Positions 1 to 9,424 are shown, counted from the first letter of the stretch. The stretch: 32,000 nt of DNA from Peristeroidobacter soli (GCF_004138485.1 NZ_RYEV01000005.1:636827-668826), one strand, 5' to 3'. Made by a program: numbers and translations. Notes: generated by a model not told the origin, from the letters alone.

Positions 1-1
1 C

Positions 2-256
2 TCCATTCTGAATACGCGCGGCTGGGTCAAGTTCAAGCGCGGCGAGTTCCAGGAATCCGTGGCGCTGCTTCAGCAGGCCGTGGAGAAATCGCCCGAGTCG
101 CCGCTCATGCGATATCACCTCGGCATGGCGCAGTTGAAGACGGGCGATCGGGTCTCGGCGGAGAAGAATCTCGAAGCGGCGGTGCGCTCGGGCCGGCAGT
201 TCCACGGCGCCAAGGAAGCGCAGGCCGCGCTCGATCAGATCAAAGCAGCGGGCTAG
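2..256 (+). CDS. TPR-repeat protein, C-terminal fragment (5' end outside the window)
   Basis: The open frame runs from the window edge. The translation ...GWVKFKRGEFQESVALLQQAVEKSPESPLMRYHLGMAQLKTGDRVSAEKNLEAAV has the TPR helix-pair pattern. Stop codon at 254-256. Confidence 0.6.
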   Translation, partial: SILNTRGWVKFKRGEFQESVALLQQAVEKSPESPLMRYHLGMAQLKTGDRVSAEKNLEAAVRSGRQFHGAKEAQAALDQIKAAG

Positions 257-290
257 GGCAGACGCGCGGTGCGCCGCGTGGGGAGCATTT

Positions 291-2333
291 GTGCTTGAAA
301 AAGTCATCATGGCGCTGGCCGCGTGGCTGGCGTTCGGCGTCGGCGTTCCGGCCGGAGCCGTCACTCACCTGGATACATCGGAGGTGGTGGCCGCGACGCC
401 CGAAGCCGCCGCGCAGTTGCCGCCAACGTATGAATTCACGCTGGCTGCCGCGGGCAACTACGTCGTGACGTTGAAAGACATCAGTGTGGATTCCGGTCTG
501 CCCCAGTCGCTGCAGTCGTTGCAGGTGCTGGTGACGCGCGATTTGCAGGTCGTCGCCCGACTCGCCGTCGAGTACCCGAGTCAGAACACCGTGGCGCCGC
601 TGCCCAAGACGCAGACGTTTGCGGGTACGCCCGGCATCTATCGCGTGCACGTGCTAGGCGCGATTGCGACGAACGGCGCCGGCGGATTGTTCAGCGTCGA
701 TGTCGCTCCTTCGGCAGGTGGCGCGGCAGTGTTCAATGTCGCCGATGCGATCGCGACTCAGAGCGCGCCGCCATCGGAACAATCGGTGCTGCAGACCGAA
801 TTTACAGTGAGCGCGTCGGGCACCTATCGAGTGCTCGCGCTCGATCGGGGCTTTCCGGCTGCATTGACCGATAGAAGCGTGCTGGTGATCCGCAGTTCGA
901 CTCAAACGCCGGTCGTGAGCAGCACCGGCGCGTTCACCACTGGCGACGTTGGAACATTCAGCGCGCAGGCCGGCGAGACTTATGAGCTGATCGTCATCTC
1001 GACCGCGGGTGTCGGCAGCGCGGGCTTGTATGGCGCACTCGTGCAAAATGTTGCTACGAATGCTGTGATCTATCGCAGCGAGAACGGCGTCGGGCGCTTG
1101 CCACCGGCGCGTCCGTTGAGCATTCCAACTGCGGCTACGTACTCACTGGCGCTCACTGATCTGCATTTCCCGGCGGCGCTCACGGCGTTCTCTGCCGCGA
1201 TCATCCAGAGCGACACGTTCGTCGGCAGTGTGACCGGTGCCACGCCCGGCGATGTCGCACTAAGCGCGGGTCCAGCGCAGTTGTTTGTATATTCAACTGC
1301 CGCGACGACGGGCACAGTGTCGGCACTGCTGTCGAGCGGTGGGCAGGTGGCGTACGGCGATGTTCACATCATCGACGCGTCAGCCGATGCGACGACGCCG
1401 GCGATCTATTCCTTCTCGCCCAGCGAGCCAGTGGCCGCAGCCAATTACACCTTGTCGCTGGACGACCTGCGTTTTCCGAACGAGCTGCCGAATCTGCAGG
1501 CGATGCTGGTCCAGCAAGGGCTGCCGCTGGATCGGCTGAACGGTTCCGGCAGCAGCGCCCCCATTGCCTTGGCGGCGGGCAAGGTGCGAGTGCTGGTGGC
1601 CGCGACGCCGCCGCCGGCGTCCGGGACGTTGGCCGGCAATGGCGCGTTCGCGCTGGCATTGAAAGCTGCTAACAACGCCATCGTGTTCGAAAGCACTCAG
1701 GGCGTCGGCGGTCTGTTCAACGCCAAGGTGGTCAATCTGCCCGCCGCCGGTCGCTACGACATCGAGCTGAAGGATTTCGAATTCCCGGCCCGGCTGCGCA
1801 TCAGCTGGCTCGCGGTCACGCACGGCACGCAGCTGGTCGGTCAGGTGATCGGCAGCAGCCCCATTCAGAACCTGCAGCTGGAAGCCGGCGTGCATGTCCT
1901 GAACTTCATCGGCCAGCCCGCCGCGAACACCAGCTACGGTGCGTTCGGCGTGAAGGTGTCTGACTCGACACCGGCGCCGGTCGTGACGCTGTCGGCTTCG
2001 CCCACGTCGGTCACGGCGGGACAAGCGTCCACGCTGACCTGGTCTGCAACCAATGCCACCTCCTGCACGGCCACCAATGGCTGGAGCGGTACCAAGACGG
2101 CCTCGGGGACCCAGTCGACCGGTGCACTGTCGACCAGCTCGAATACGACGTTCGCGCTGGAGTGCGTCGGCCCGGGCGGTCGAGGGAGCGCATCCGTGAC
2201 AGTCACGGTCACCGCGCCGACCTCGGGTAGCAGCGGCGGGGGCGGCGGTCATCTGGATCCGCTGCTGCTGGTGTCGCTGGCCAGCCTGTTGACGCTGGCG
2301 AGCGCGCGCCGTCAGCCTCGTGTAATGAAGTGA
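291..2333 (+). CDS. Secreted repeat protein with Ig-like domain and C-terminal Gly-rich/TM/Arg sorting tail (GlyGly-CTERM or PEP-CTERM-like)
   Basis: 680-aa ORF with an N-terminal signal peptide (MALAAWLAFGVGVPAGA). Five internal repeats carry the motif Y-x-(V/L)-x-L-x-D-x-x-FP-x-x-L. A Ser/Thr-rich beta domain follows (SASPTSVTAGQASTLTWSATNATSC). The tail is SGGGGGHLDPLLLVSLASLLTLASARRQPR. The start is either GTG 291 or ATG 309. Confidence 0.75.
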   Translation: MLEKVIMALAAWLAFGVGVPAGAVTHLDTSEVVAATPEAAAQLPPTYEFTLAAAGNYVVTLKDISVDSGLPQSLQSLQVLVTRDLQVVARLAVEYPSQNTVAPLPKTQTFAGTPGIYRVHVLGAIATNGAGGLFSVDVAPSAGGAAVFNVADAIATQSAPPSEQSVLQTEFTVSASGTYRVLALDRGFPAALTDRSVLVIRSSTQTPVVSSTGAFTTGDVGTFSAQAGETYELIVISTAGVGSAGLYGALVQNVATNAVIYRSENGVGRLPPARPLSIPTAATYSLALTDLHFPAALTAFSAAIIQSDTFVGSVTGATPGDVALSAGPAQLFVYSTAATTGTVSALLSSGGQVAYGDVHIIDASADATTPAIYSFSPSEPVAAANYTLSLDDLRFPNELPNLQAMLVQQGLPLDRLNGSGSSAPIALAAGKVRVLVAATPPPASGTLAGNGAFALALKAANNAIVFESTQGVGGLFNAKVVNLPAAGRYDIELKDFEFPARLRISWLAVTHGTQLVGQVIGSSPIQNLQLEAGVHVLNFIGQPAANTSYGAFGVKVSDSTPAPVVTLSASPTSVTAGQASTLTWSATNATSCTATNGWSGTKTASGTQSTGALSTSSNTTFALECVGPGGRGSASVTVTVTAPTSGSSGGGGGHLDPLLLVSLASLLTLASARRQPRVMK

Positions 2334-2424
2334 GCCTATTTTGTTGATAAGAGAGGACTGATTTGCCGGTGGCCGGGGCTTGCTCTATTCTCCCTGGCCA
2401 CCGTTCAGCGAACCGGGGACCGCC

Positions 2425-2709
2425 ATGAAAAAGAAGTCTGCGCCGGCCCAGGCCGAAAAGAAGGGCAAGAAAAAGAACGTCGGCGAGCTGCAGCGGCGGG
2501 CCCTGGATGCACGCAAGCGAGCCGAGTCCGCGAGAAAGGAAGCGCGCGACGCCAAGGATCGCGCCCGTGAAGCACGCAAGCTATTCAAGGAAGCGAAGAA
2601 GGTTGCGAAAAAAGCCCGCGCCGAGCTGGAAGGCCTGAGCAAGAAATTGAAGAAACTGCTCGGCCCCGACGCCACCCTCAAAGCGAAGCCGAAGCAGCGC
2701 TCCGCGTGA
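2425..2709 (+). CDS. Small Lys/Ala/Glu/Arg-rich basic coiled-coil protein (histone-like or low-complexity)
   Basis: ATG at 2425 (MKKKSAPAQAEKKGKKKN...). The composition is strongly biased toward K, R, A and E. No family was recognised. Confidence 0.45.
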   Translation: MKKKSAPAQAEKKGKKKNVGELQRRALDARKRAESARKEARDAKDRAREARKLFKEAKKVAKKARAELEGLSKKLKKLLGPDATLKAKPKQRSA

Positions 2710-3086
2710 GCTGATCGCCACGCCGGCGGCTCGGCTCGACGGCTTTGACTTTGGCCTGAGGCTGGTGACGTTTGAGCCGTTGCCGCTCACGATGACCGGC
2801 CCGTGCCACCAGGTCCTGCCATTCAGGGTCCGTCATGGGCCGGACGTATTGCAGTGGCGAGCGGATCAGATCTTTCATGGGCGGCGCCTTGCATGGCGGT
2901 CAGCGGGGAAGGGACATTCAACCCTCCCAACGTGACGCGAGCGTGTCAGCGCCGTTTCAAGCTCGCACTCATATCAAACTCGGGATCGGGCTTCCTGCCA
3001 CGACCCTCGTGACTTTTAGCAGCTCGCCGCCGCCTGTGGCGGCGGGGTACATCCATGTACCCGGGACGCACTGGCAGCTGACTTTG

Positions 3087-4712
3087 TTAGATGGCGGTGC
3101 GCAGCGCATGCCGCTGCAATTTTCCAGTCGCAGTTTTCGGCAGCGAGCTGCGGAATTCGACGGCGCGCGGATATTTGTACGGCGCGATGGTTTGTTTCAC
3201 GAACTGCTGCAGTGTTTGCACGAGCTCCGCCGACGCGTCGTGTCCGTCATGGAGCACGACGAAGGCTTTCACGAGCTGGCCGCGCGCTTCATCCGGTACG
3301 CCGATCACCGCGCATTCCTTGACGGCAGGATGTTCCAACAACGCGCATTCCACTTCCGGTCCGGCGATGTTGTAACCGGCGGAGATGATCATGTCGTCGG
3401 CGCGCGCCTCGAAATGAAAATAACCGTCCTCGTCCTGTGAATACAGATCGCCCGTGACGTTCCATCCTTGATAGACATAGTCACGCTGGCGTGGGTCGTC
3501 GAGATAACGGCATCCCGTGGGTCCCTTCACGGCGAGTCGTCCAATTTTTCCCGGCGGCAAGGGCAGGCCATCGGGATCGAGGATGCAGGCTTGATAGCCG
3601 GGCAGGGGCTTGCCGGTCGTGCCGGGATGAATCTGTTCGCCCTTGGCGGAAATGAAAATATGGATCAGCTCGGTGGCGCCGATGCCGTCGATGAGTCGCA
3701 TGCCGGTCGCGGCGAACCAGGCGTCCGAGGTGGCTCTCGGCAGGGCTTCGCCGGCGGAGATGCAGCGTTTCAGGCTGGCAATATCGAACTTGGGCAGCAG
3801 CGGGATCAGTGAGCGATACGCCGTCGGCGAGGTGAACACGGCGGTCGCTCCGAAGCGTTGCACGGCCGCCAGCAGGTTTTCACCGCTGGGCTGCTCGACG
3901 AGGACGCTGGCCGCACGGCGACCCAGTGGGAAGACGAGCAAGGCTCCCAATCCAAACGTGAAGCCGAGCGGTGGACTGCCGACATAAATGTCCTCCGGTG
4001 AGGTCTCGAGCAGATGTCCGGCGACGATCTCGCGCATCGCGAGCACGTCGCGATGAAAATGCATGGTCGCTTTCGGCGTGCCGGTCGTTCCGGAGGTGAA
4101 CGCGAGCAAACAAACGTCATCACGGGCAGTGTCGACATTGTCGAACGTCGAGGCCTGCCCGTTCATCATTTTCTCCAGGTGCCCATCCCCGAACTGCACG
4201 ATGTTGCGCAGACGCCCGCCGAGTTTCGCCGCCTGCTGCAGCTCCTGTGCGAAGCGTGAGTCGCACAGTGCGTGATCGATTTGCGCGCGCTCGGCGATGA
4301 TCGATAGCTCGTGTGCGCGGAGCAAAGGCATGGTGGTTACTGCGATAGCGCCGGCCTTCATCACGGCCAGCCAGCAGGCGACCAGCGTAGGATTGTTCGG
4401 GCCGCGCAACAACACGCGATTGCCGGGCACGACGCCCATGTCGTTCACCAGAACATTGGCAATGCGGTTGCTGCGTTCGAGCAGTTGCGCGTAAGTCCAC
4501 GTGCCACCGTCGGCGTAGAGCGCGACTCGATCGCCGTGACCTTCGCGGACGGCATCGTCGATGAGCACGACGCCGCAGTTGATGCGCTCGGGATATTGCA
4601 GCTCGGGCAAGTCGAATCGAAACTCCGGCCACAGATGCGGCGGCGGTAGCCGTTCCTTCGCGAATCCATCCACGTGCGAGGAGTAGGGCATGCGAAAGGA
4701 CTCGGCAAACAT
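3087..4712 (-). CDS. AMP-dependent aryl-CoA ligase, resembling 2-aminobenzoate (anthranilate)/benzoate-CoA ligases
   Basis: AMP-binding motif FTSGTTGTPKATMH. The N-terminus SSHVDGFAKERLPPPHLWPEFRFDLPELQYPERINC resembles 2-aminobenzoate-CoA ligases as I recall them. The ATG at 4712-4710 overlaps the kynU stop (TGATG). The longer 677-aa ORF extension is Arg-rich and overlaps kynU, so it was discarded. Confidence 0.85.
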   Translation of the reverse strand: MFAESFRMPYSSHVDGFAKERLPPPHLWPEFRFDLPELQYPERINCGVVLIDDAVREGHGDRVALYADGGTWTYAQLLERSNRIANVLVNDMGVVPGNRVLLRGPNNPTLVACWLAVMKAGAIAVTTMPLLRAHELSIIAERAQIDHALCDSRFAQELQQAAKLGGRLRNIVQFGDGHLEKMMNGQASTFDNVDTARDDVCLLAFTSGTTGTPKATMHFHRDVLAMREIVAGHLLETSPEDIYVGSPPLGFTFGLGALLVFPLGRRAASVLVEQPSGENLLAAVQRFGATAVFTSPTAYRSLIPLLPKFDIASLKRCISAGEALPRATSDAWFAATGMRLIDGIGATELIHIFISAKGEQIHPGTTGKPLPGYQACILDPDGLPLPPGKIGRLAVKGPTGCRYLDDPRQRDYVYQGWNVTGDLYSQDEDGYFHFEARADDMIISAGYNIAGPEVECALLEHPAVKECAVIGVPDEARGQLVKAFVVLHDGHDASAELVQTLQQFVKQTIAPYKYPRAVEFRSSLPKTATGKLQRHALRTAI

Positions 4713-5986
4713 CAGGTCACCGCGGCGCGAACGGCGTAACGAGGATCGGCCCAGCAACCGCTGTGAACCACATCGGCCACGGTATAGGCGGCGTCCCAGA
4801 CATCCTGATAGCGCAGATATAAAGGGGTGAAGCCGAAGCGCAATAAATCCGGCGCGCGGAAATCGCCGATCACGCCGCGTTCGATCAGCGCCTGCATGAT
4901 CGCGTAGCCTTCCGGGTGCGCGAAAGAAACATGGCTGCCGCGCTCGCTCACATTCGCGGGGCTCACCAGCCGCAGCGACGGGCAGATGTCGGCGATCAGA
5001 TCGACGAACAATTCGCTCAGCCAGCGGGACTTCTGCACGATGTCCTGCATCCGGCTGCGCAAGATCAGATCGACGCCGACCTCGAGGCTGAGCACGCCGA
5101 GGATGGACGGCGTGCCGCACAGGAAACGTCGGATGCCCTCGGCGGGCTCGTAGTTGTCGATGAATTCGAACGGACGGTTGTGACCCATCCAGCCCTTGAG
5201 CGGTGAGGTGAGCTCGGCCTGCAATCGCTGCGAGACGAACAGGAACGCCGGCGCGCCCGGCCCGCCATTTAGATATTTATAGCCGCACCCCACGGCCATG
5301 TCGGCTTCGCAGCCGTTCAGATCGACCTCGATCGCGCCGACGCTATGACTCAAATCCCAGATCACCAGCGCGCCATGCTCGTGAGCCTTGGCCGTGATGG
5401 CTCGCATGTCGTGGATGGCGGCGGTCTTGTAGTGGACATGCGTGAGCATGACCACTGCGGTGTTCGAATCGATGGCGTCGAGGATGCGCTCGGCGGATTC
5501 CAGCCGCAGCTGCAACGGACAACTGCGCGTGCCGATGGCGCCTTCGGCCATGTACAGGTCGGTGGGAAAGTTGCCGGGCTCGGAGAGCACGACGCAGCGG
5601 TCCGGGCGGGCGGCCAGCGCCGCACCCAGCAGCTTGAACAAGTTCACGGAGGTGGAGTCGGCCACGACGACCTCACCGCTGCGCGCGCCGATCAGTCTGG
5701 CGATCTTGTCGCCGACCCGGAGTGGGGCGTCGATCCATCGATGCTCGTTCCAGCTGCGGATCAGGCCCTGGCCCCATTCCCTGGCGACCACCTCATCGAT
5801 GCGGCCCCGGGTGGCCCGTGGCAGCGGCCCGAGCGAGTTGCCATCCAGATAAATGACGCCGCCCGGCAGTTCGAAGTCCTCGCGACGATGGCGTAACGGA
5901 TCTTCCTGATCCCACCGGCGGATCGCCGGGTAGGTAATCGCATCGCGCCGCTCGAAGGTCGTGATCTTGTCGAATTTTCGGTGCAT
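4712..5986 (-). CDS. kynU: Kynureninase
   Basis: 424 aa. The N-terminal DPLRHRREDFELPGGVIYLDGNSLGPLP and the PLP-fold body (ADSTSVNLFKLL, WDLSHSVGA, GCGYKYLNGGPGAP) are typical of bacterial kynureninase. Confidence 0.9.
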   Translation of the reverse strand: MHRKFDKITTFERRDAITYPAIRRWDQEDPLRHRREDFELPGGVIYLDGNSLGPLPRATRGRIDEVVAREWGQGLIRSWNEHRWIDAPLRVGDKIARLIGARSGEVVVADSTSVNLFKLLGAALAARPDRCVVLSEPGNFPTDLYMAEGAIGTRSCPLQLRLESAERILDAIDSNTAVVMLTHVHYKTAAIHDMRAITAKAHEHGALVIWDLSHSVGAIEVDLNGCEADMAVGCGYKYLNGGPGAPAFLFVSQRLQAELTSPLKGWMGHNRPFEFIDNYEPAEGIRRFLCGTPSILGVLSLEVGVDLILRSRMQDIVQKSRWLSELFVDLIADICPSLRLVSPANVSERGSHVSFAHPEGYAIMQALIERGVIGDFRAPDLLRFGFTPLYLRYQDVWDAAYTVADVVHSGCWADPRYAVRAAVT

Positions 5987-6118
5987 CTGGTCAGCCCCTT
6001 GACTTACGTCAAAGTGTCGCGCCAGCGCCCCGAGACATTGTTCCGAAAGCGCGCCCTTGCCAACGGCCGGGAAGAACGTTAGTAGTGGAGATACCCCAAT
6101 CCGAAGGACAATGTCCCG

Positions 6119-6574
6119 ATGCTGGACAAGACCGAGACCACTATCCTGAAATTGCTCGAAGACGACGGACGACTCTCGTACGCCGAGCTGGGCGAGAAGG
6201 TCGGCTTGTCGAAGAGTCCCTGCTGGTCCCGGGTGCGGGAACTGGAGCGCCAGGGCGTGATCCGGCGTTATCGGGCGGAGATCGATGCGGCGGCGGTCGG
6301 GCTGGATCTACATGCGTTCGTGCAGGTGACCATCAACTCGGCGCGACACACCGACTTCGAGGCGGCGGTGAATCGCCACCCGTCGGTGCTCGAGTGCTTC
6401 ACGACGGCGGGGCAGGCGGACTATCTGCTCCACGTGCTGGTGCGTGGCATCGGTGAGCTGGACGATTTGCTGCGTTCACAGATTTCGCGTCTGCCCGGCG
6501 TGCAACGATTGGAAACGACGGTCTGCATGAAGACCATCAAGCATCGCGGCTCGGTCATGGCCTGCCTGCGGTGA
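6119..6574 (+). CDS. Lrp/AsnC family transcriptional regulator (KynR-like position, divergent from kynU)
   Basis: MLDKTETTILKLLEDDGRLSYAELGEKVGLSKSPCWSRVRELERQGVIRRY is the canonical Lrp HTH, followed by a RAM ligand-binding domain. Confidence 0.9.
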   Translation: MLDKTETTILKLLEDDGRLSYAELGEKVGLSKSPCWSRVRELERQGVIRRYRAEIDAAAVGLDLHAFVQVTINSARHTDFEAAVNRHPSVLECFTTAGQADYLLHVLVRGIGELDDLLRSQISRLPGVQRLETTVCMKTIKHRGSVMACLR

Positions 6575-6615
6575 GCTGCTACAGTCAACGTGACAGAGTT
6601 TTGAGGAGAACGAAT

Positions 6616-6900
6616 ATGGTCGGCGGCGTCAGCGCGGTGGTCCTCATCAAGGCCGAAACTTCCAGTGTCAACGAGCTCGCGCAACAGCTGGTGGAGCTCA
6701 AAGGGGTCGCCGAAGTGTTCTCGGTGGCGGGTCAATACGATCTGGTCGCCATCGTGCGCGTCAAGGAAAACGAGCAGCTGGCCGAGGTGGTGAGCGACAA
6801 GATGCGCAAGCTGCCCGGCGTGCAATTGACCGAGACCATGATCGCGTTCCGTGTTTTCACCAAGGCCGCGGTCGAAGGGATGTTCGATCTCGGCAGTTGA
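6616..6900 (+). CDS. Lrp/AsnC ligand-binding (RAM) domain-only protein
   Basis: ATG 6616 is preceded by GAGGAG. The 94-aa product (VVLIKAETSSVNELAQQLVELKGVAEVFSVAGQYDLVAIVRVKENEQL...) matches the RAM domain and has no HTH. Confidence 0.7.
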   Translation: MVGGVSAVVLIKAETSSVNELAQQLVELKGVAEVFSVAGQYDLVAIVRVKENEQLAEVVSDKMRKLPGVQLTETMIAFRVFTKAAVEGMFDLGS

Positions 6901-7010
6901 GCGTACCTGTCGTTTGCTGACAAAGGCGTCAGGTTAACGTCAGTACGGCTTGGGCATCATCCTCCACGGTCGCGCCGTAGAGCGCGCTCGATTTCAACCG
7001 TGGAGATTTA

Positions 7011-8339
7011 ATGAGTTCGCACAACCCAAGCGCAGACGTTTCGTCGATGCAGCCCGGGGGGAGAACAAGGACCCTTCTCGCCGTTTCAATCTTGCTGGCC
7101 GCGCTGAGCCCCAGCGCGTTCGCTCAGACGGCGAACAGCGCCGATGCCGCCGCGCTTCGTGCTCAGATCGAAGCCCTGCGAGCGGAGCAGGCGCGCATCG
7201 CCGAGATGCAGCGTCAGACCGAAGCGAAGATTCGCGCGCTGGAATCCAGCGCGGGCGTTGCAAGCCCTGCACCGGCCGTTGCTCCGTCGGCTCCGCAGGT
7301 CGCGAGCGCCGATGCCGCTTCGAAGTTGAATGTCACTGGCGATCTGCGTCTGCGCTTCCAGGGCGATTATTCCGATGACGATGCCCGCGCCCGTCGCAGC
7401 GGTCAGGTTCGTGGCCGCATCGGCGCGACCTATGCCGTGAACGATCGCGTCACCATCGGCGCTCGCCTCGCGACCGGCGATCCGGACGACCCGAACAGCA
7501 CCGACGTGCAGCTGTCGAACTGGGACGACGATTTTCAGGTCAGCCTGGATCTGGCGTACGCGCAGGTCAACTTCGGCGATCTGAATATCTACGGCGGTAA
7601 GATTCCGCAGCCGTTCGCTCGCACCGATCTGGTGTGGGACGGCGACGTGAATCCGCAAGGCTTGAGCGGCGTCTACAAGCACAAGCTCGGCAACGGCTCG
7701 GCGCTGCGCGCGAGCGGCTTGTTCTTCGTCATCGATGAAAACGCCGTCGCGGCCGACAGCACGATGGTCGGCGGACAGGTCGGTTACGACACCGCCCAGC
7801 TCGGCGACTTCAAGTTCGACGTGTCCGCGGCCTACTACGACTACACCTTGGGTAGCGTGGCGGGCGCCGATGCCGGCGACTTCCGTAACAACCTGCGCCG
7901 CCCCGATGGCCGCTATCTGTCCGACTTCAATCTCGGCGATCTGATCGTCGGTGCGACCTGGTCGGGTCTGGGCTCGCGTTGGCCGGTGCGTTTCGTCGGC
8001 GACTACGTGAAGAACTTCGGTGCCGAAACTTCGGAAGACACCGGCTTCGGCGCGGATCTGGGCATCGGTCGGGTCACTCAGCAGCACGACTGGCGCGTGA
8101 CGTACGGCTACTCGGTCGCCGAAACGGATTCGGTGCTCGGCGCGTTCTCACACGACAACATCGGCATCGGCACCAACTACAAGTTGCACGCGCTGACTGT
8201 CGATTACGTGCCCATGCCGAAGACGCTGCTCACGGCTTACTGGTATCACTACAAGCCGGACAACGCCCTGGACGCGGGCAGCAATGCCATCGGCGACTGG
8301 CTGGACCGGGTTCGGGTCGCGTTCCTGGTCTCGTTCTGA
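7011..8339 (+). CDS. Putative outer-membrane porin with N-terminal coiled-coil
   Basis: GGAG RBS and signal peptide (LLAVSILLAALSPSAFAQ). A coiled segment (ALRAQIEALRAEQARIAEMQRQTEAKIRALE) is followed by alternating beta-strand-like sequence ending in ...VAFLVSF (terminal Phe). Confidence 0.7.
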   Translation: MSSHNPSADVSSMQPGGRTRTLLAVSILLAALSPSAFAQTANSADAAALRAQIEALRAEQARIAEMQRQTEAKIRALESSAGVASPAPAVAPSAPQVASADAASKLNVTGDLRLRFQGDYSDDDARARRSGQVRGRIGATYAVNDRVTIGARLATGDPDDPNSTDVQLSNWDDDFQVSLDLAYAQVNFGDLNIYGGKIPQPFARTDLVWDGDVNPQGLSGVYKHKLGNGSALRASGLFFVIDENAVAADSTMVGGQVGYDTAQLGDFKFDVSAAYYDYTLGSVAGADAGDFRNNLRRPDGRYLSDFNLGDLIVGATWSGLGSRWPVRFVGDYVKNFGAETSEDTGFGADLGIGRVTQQHDWRVTYGYSVAETDSVLGAFSHDNIGIGTNYKLHALTVDYVPMPKTLLTAYWYHYKPDNALDAGSNAIGDWLDRVRVAFLVSF

Positions 8340-8360
8340 GCTGACCCGAGCGGCTGAGAC

Positions 8361-8395
8361 ACGGCCCTTGGGTACTCCAACCAAGGGCCGTTTGC
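8361..8395 (+). terminator. Rho-independent terminator after the porin gene
   Basis: Perfect 11-bp stem ACGGCCCTTGG / CCAAGGGCCGT (8361-8371 / 8381-8391) with a 9-nt loop, followed by TTTGCT. Confidence 0.65.
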
Positions 8396-8407
8396 TACGA
8401 TCCGGGC

Positions 8408-9424
8408 ATGACAGCGCCCGCCACTCGCTACGTCGCCGCCGGCGACCGATATGAACGATTCGCCTATCGCCCGGTCGGCCGCAGCGGTCTGAAGCTGCCG
8501 CCCCTGTCACTGGGGCTGTGGCACAACTTCGGCGACAACACGCCGCTCGAACGTCAACGCGAAATCCTGCGCACGGCATTCGATCTCGGGATCACTCACT
8601 TCGATCTCGCCAACAACTACGGCACGCCGTATGGCAGTGCCGAGATCAATTTCGGCCGCCTCCTCAAGGAAGATTTTCAGGCGCATCGTGATGAGCTGAT
8701 CATTTCCACCAAGGCGGGCTGGGACATGTGGCCGGGCCCGTACGGGCAGGGCGGTGGCTCGCGCAAATATGTGCTCGCCAGTCTCGATCAGAGCCTGCGG
8801 CGCATGGGGCTCGAGTACGTCGATATCTTCTATTCCCATCGTTTCGATCCCGAGACGCCGCTCGAGGAAACCGCGTCGGCGCTGGCGACAGCGGTTCAAC
8901 AAGGGAAGGCGTTATACGTCGGCATTTCCGCCTATTCGCCACAGCAGACGCTGGAGTTGGAAGCGTTACTGCGCCGGTGGCAGATTCCTCTGCTGATTCA
9001 TCAGCCGAAGTACAGCATGTTCAACCGGGAGATCGAGGCGGGATTGTTCGAGGCGGTCGAGAGTGTCGGCGCCGGCATGATCGCGTTCTCGCCGCTCGCG
9101 CAGGGGCTGCTGACGAATCGCTATCTGCAGGGCATTCCCGCCGATTCGCGCGTTGGCCGGGGCACCCGTTTTCTATTGCCGGAGCACGTCTCCGAGTCGG
9201 TCGTGAAGAAGGCAGCCGCGCTGAATGAGATCGCTTTGGCGCGTGGCCAATCACTCGCTCAGCTCGCGATTGCGTGGGTACTGCGCGATCCGCGGATGAC
9301 TTCCACCATCATCGGCGCGAGCAGCGGGGCGCAGGTGCGTGAGAATCTCGGCGCGCTGGAGCAGTTGAGCTTCAGCAAAGAAGAGTTGGCCGCGATCGAC
9401 CGCATCGCCCCCGGACCGGCGTGA
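8408..9424 (+). CDS. Aldo/keto reductase (YghZ/Gpr, Kv-beta-like subgroup)
   Basis: 338 aa containing LSLGLWHNFG, THFDLANNYG, DELIISTKAG and VDIFYSHRFD, which are typical AKR motifs. Confidence 0.9.
   Translation: MTAPATRYVAAGDRYERFAYRPVGRSGLKLPPLSLGLWHNFGDNTPLERQREILRTAFDLGITHFDLANNYGTPYGSAEINFGRLLKEDFQAHRDELIISTKAGWDMWPGPYGQGGGSRKYVLASLDQSLRRMGLEYVDIFYSHRFDPETPLEETASALATAVQQGKALYVGISAYSPQQTLELEALLRRWQIPLLIHQPKYSMFNREIEAGLFEAVESVGAGMIAFSPLAQGLLTNRYLQGIPADSRVGRGTRFLLPEHVSESVVKKAAALNEIALARGQSLAQLAIAWVLRDPRMTSTIIGASSGAQVRENLGALEQLSFSKEELAAIDRIAPGPA

Noticed and set aside
1380-2252. 290-aa minus-strand ORF, and several other ORFs, antisense to the 680-aa secreted protein gene
   Set aside because: Arg-rich low-complexity translation, antisense to a gene with a signal peptide and repeat structure. 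These are shadow ORFs.
2678-2878. 66-aa minus-strand ORF convergent with, and overlapping, the Lys-rich gene's 3' end
   Set aside because: It is short, Arg-rich, overlaps the neighbour by 32 nt and has no recognisable domain. The evidence is insufficient to call it.
3027-3045. Perfect 8-bp GC hairpin (CCGCCGCC-TGT-GGCGGCGG) downstream of the ligase gene
   Set aside because: It could be a terminator for the minus-strand operon. On that strand it is followed by an A-run rather than a U-tract, so it was not called as an intrinsic terminator.
4713-5120. N-terminal extension of the ligase ORF to 677 aa
   Set aside because: The extension is Arg-rich and overlaps the kynU coding region. The internal ATG at 4712 gives a normal ~541-aa ligase coupled to the kynU stop.
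7086-8087. 333-aa minus-strand ORF antisense to the porin gene
   Set aside because: No recognisable motifs. It lies fully within a better-supported plus-strand gene that has an RBS, a signal peptide and a terminator.
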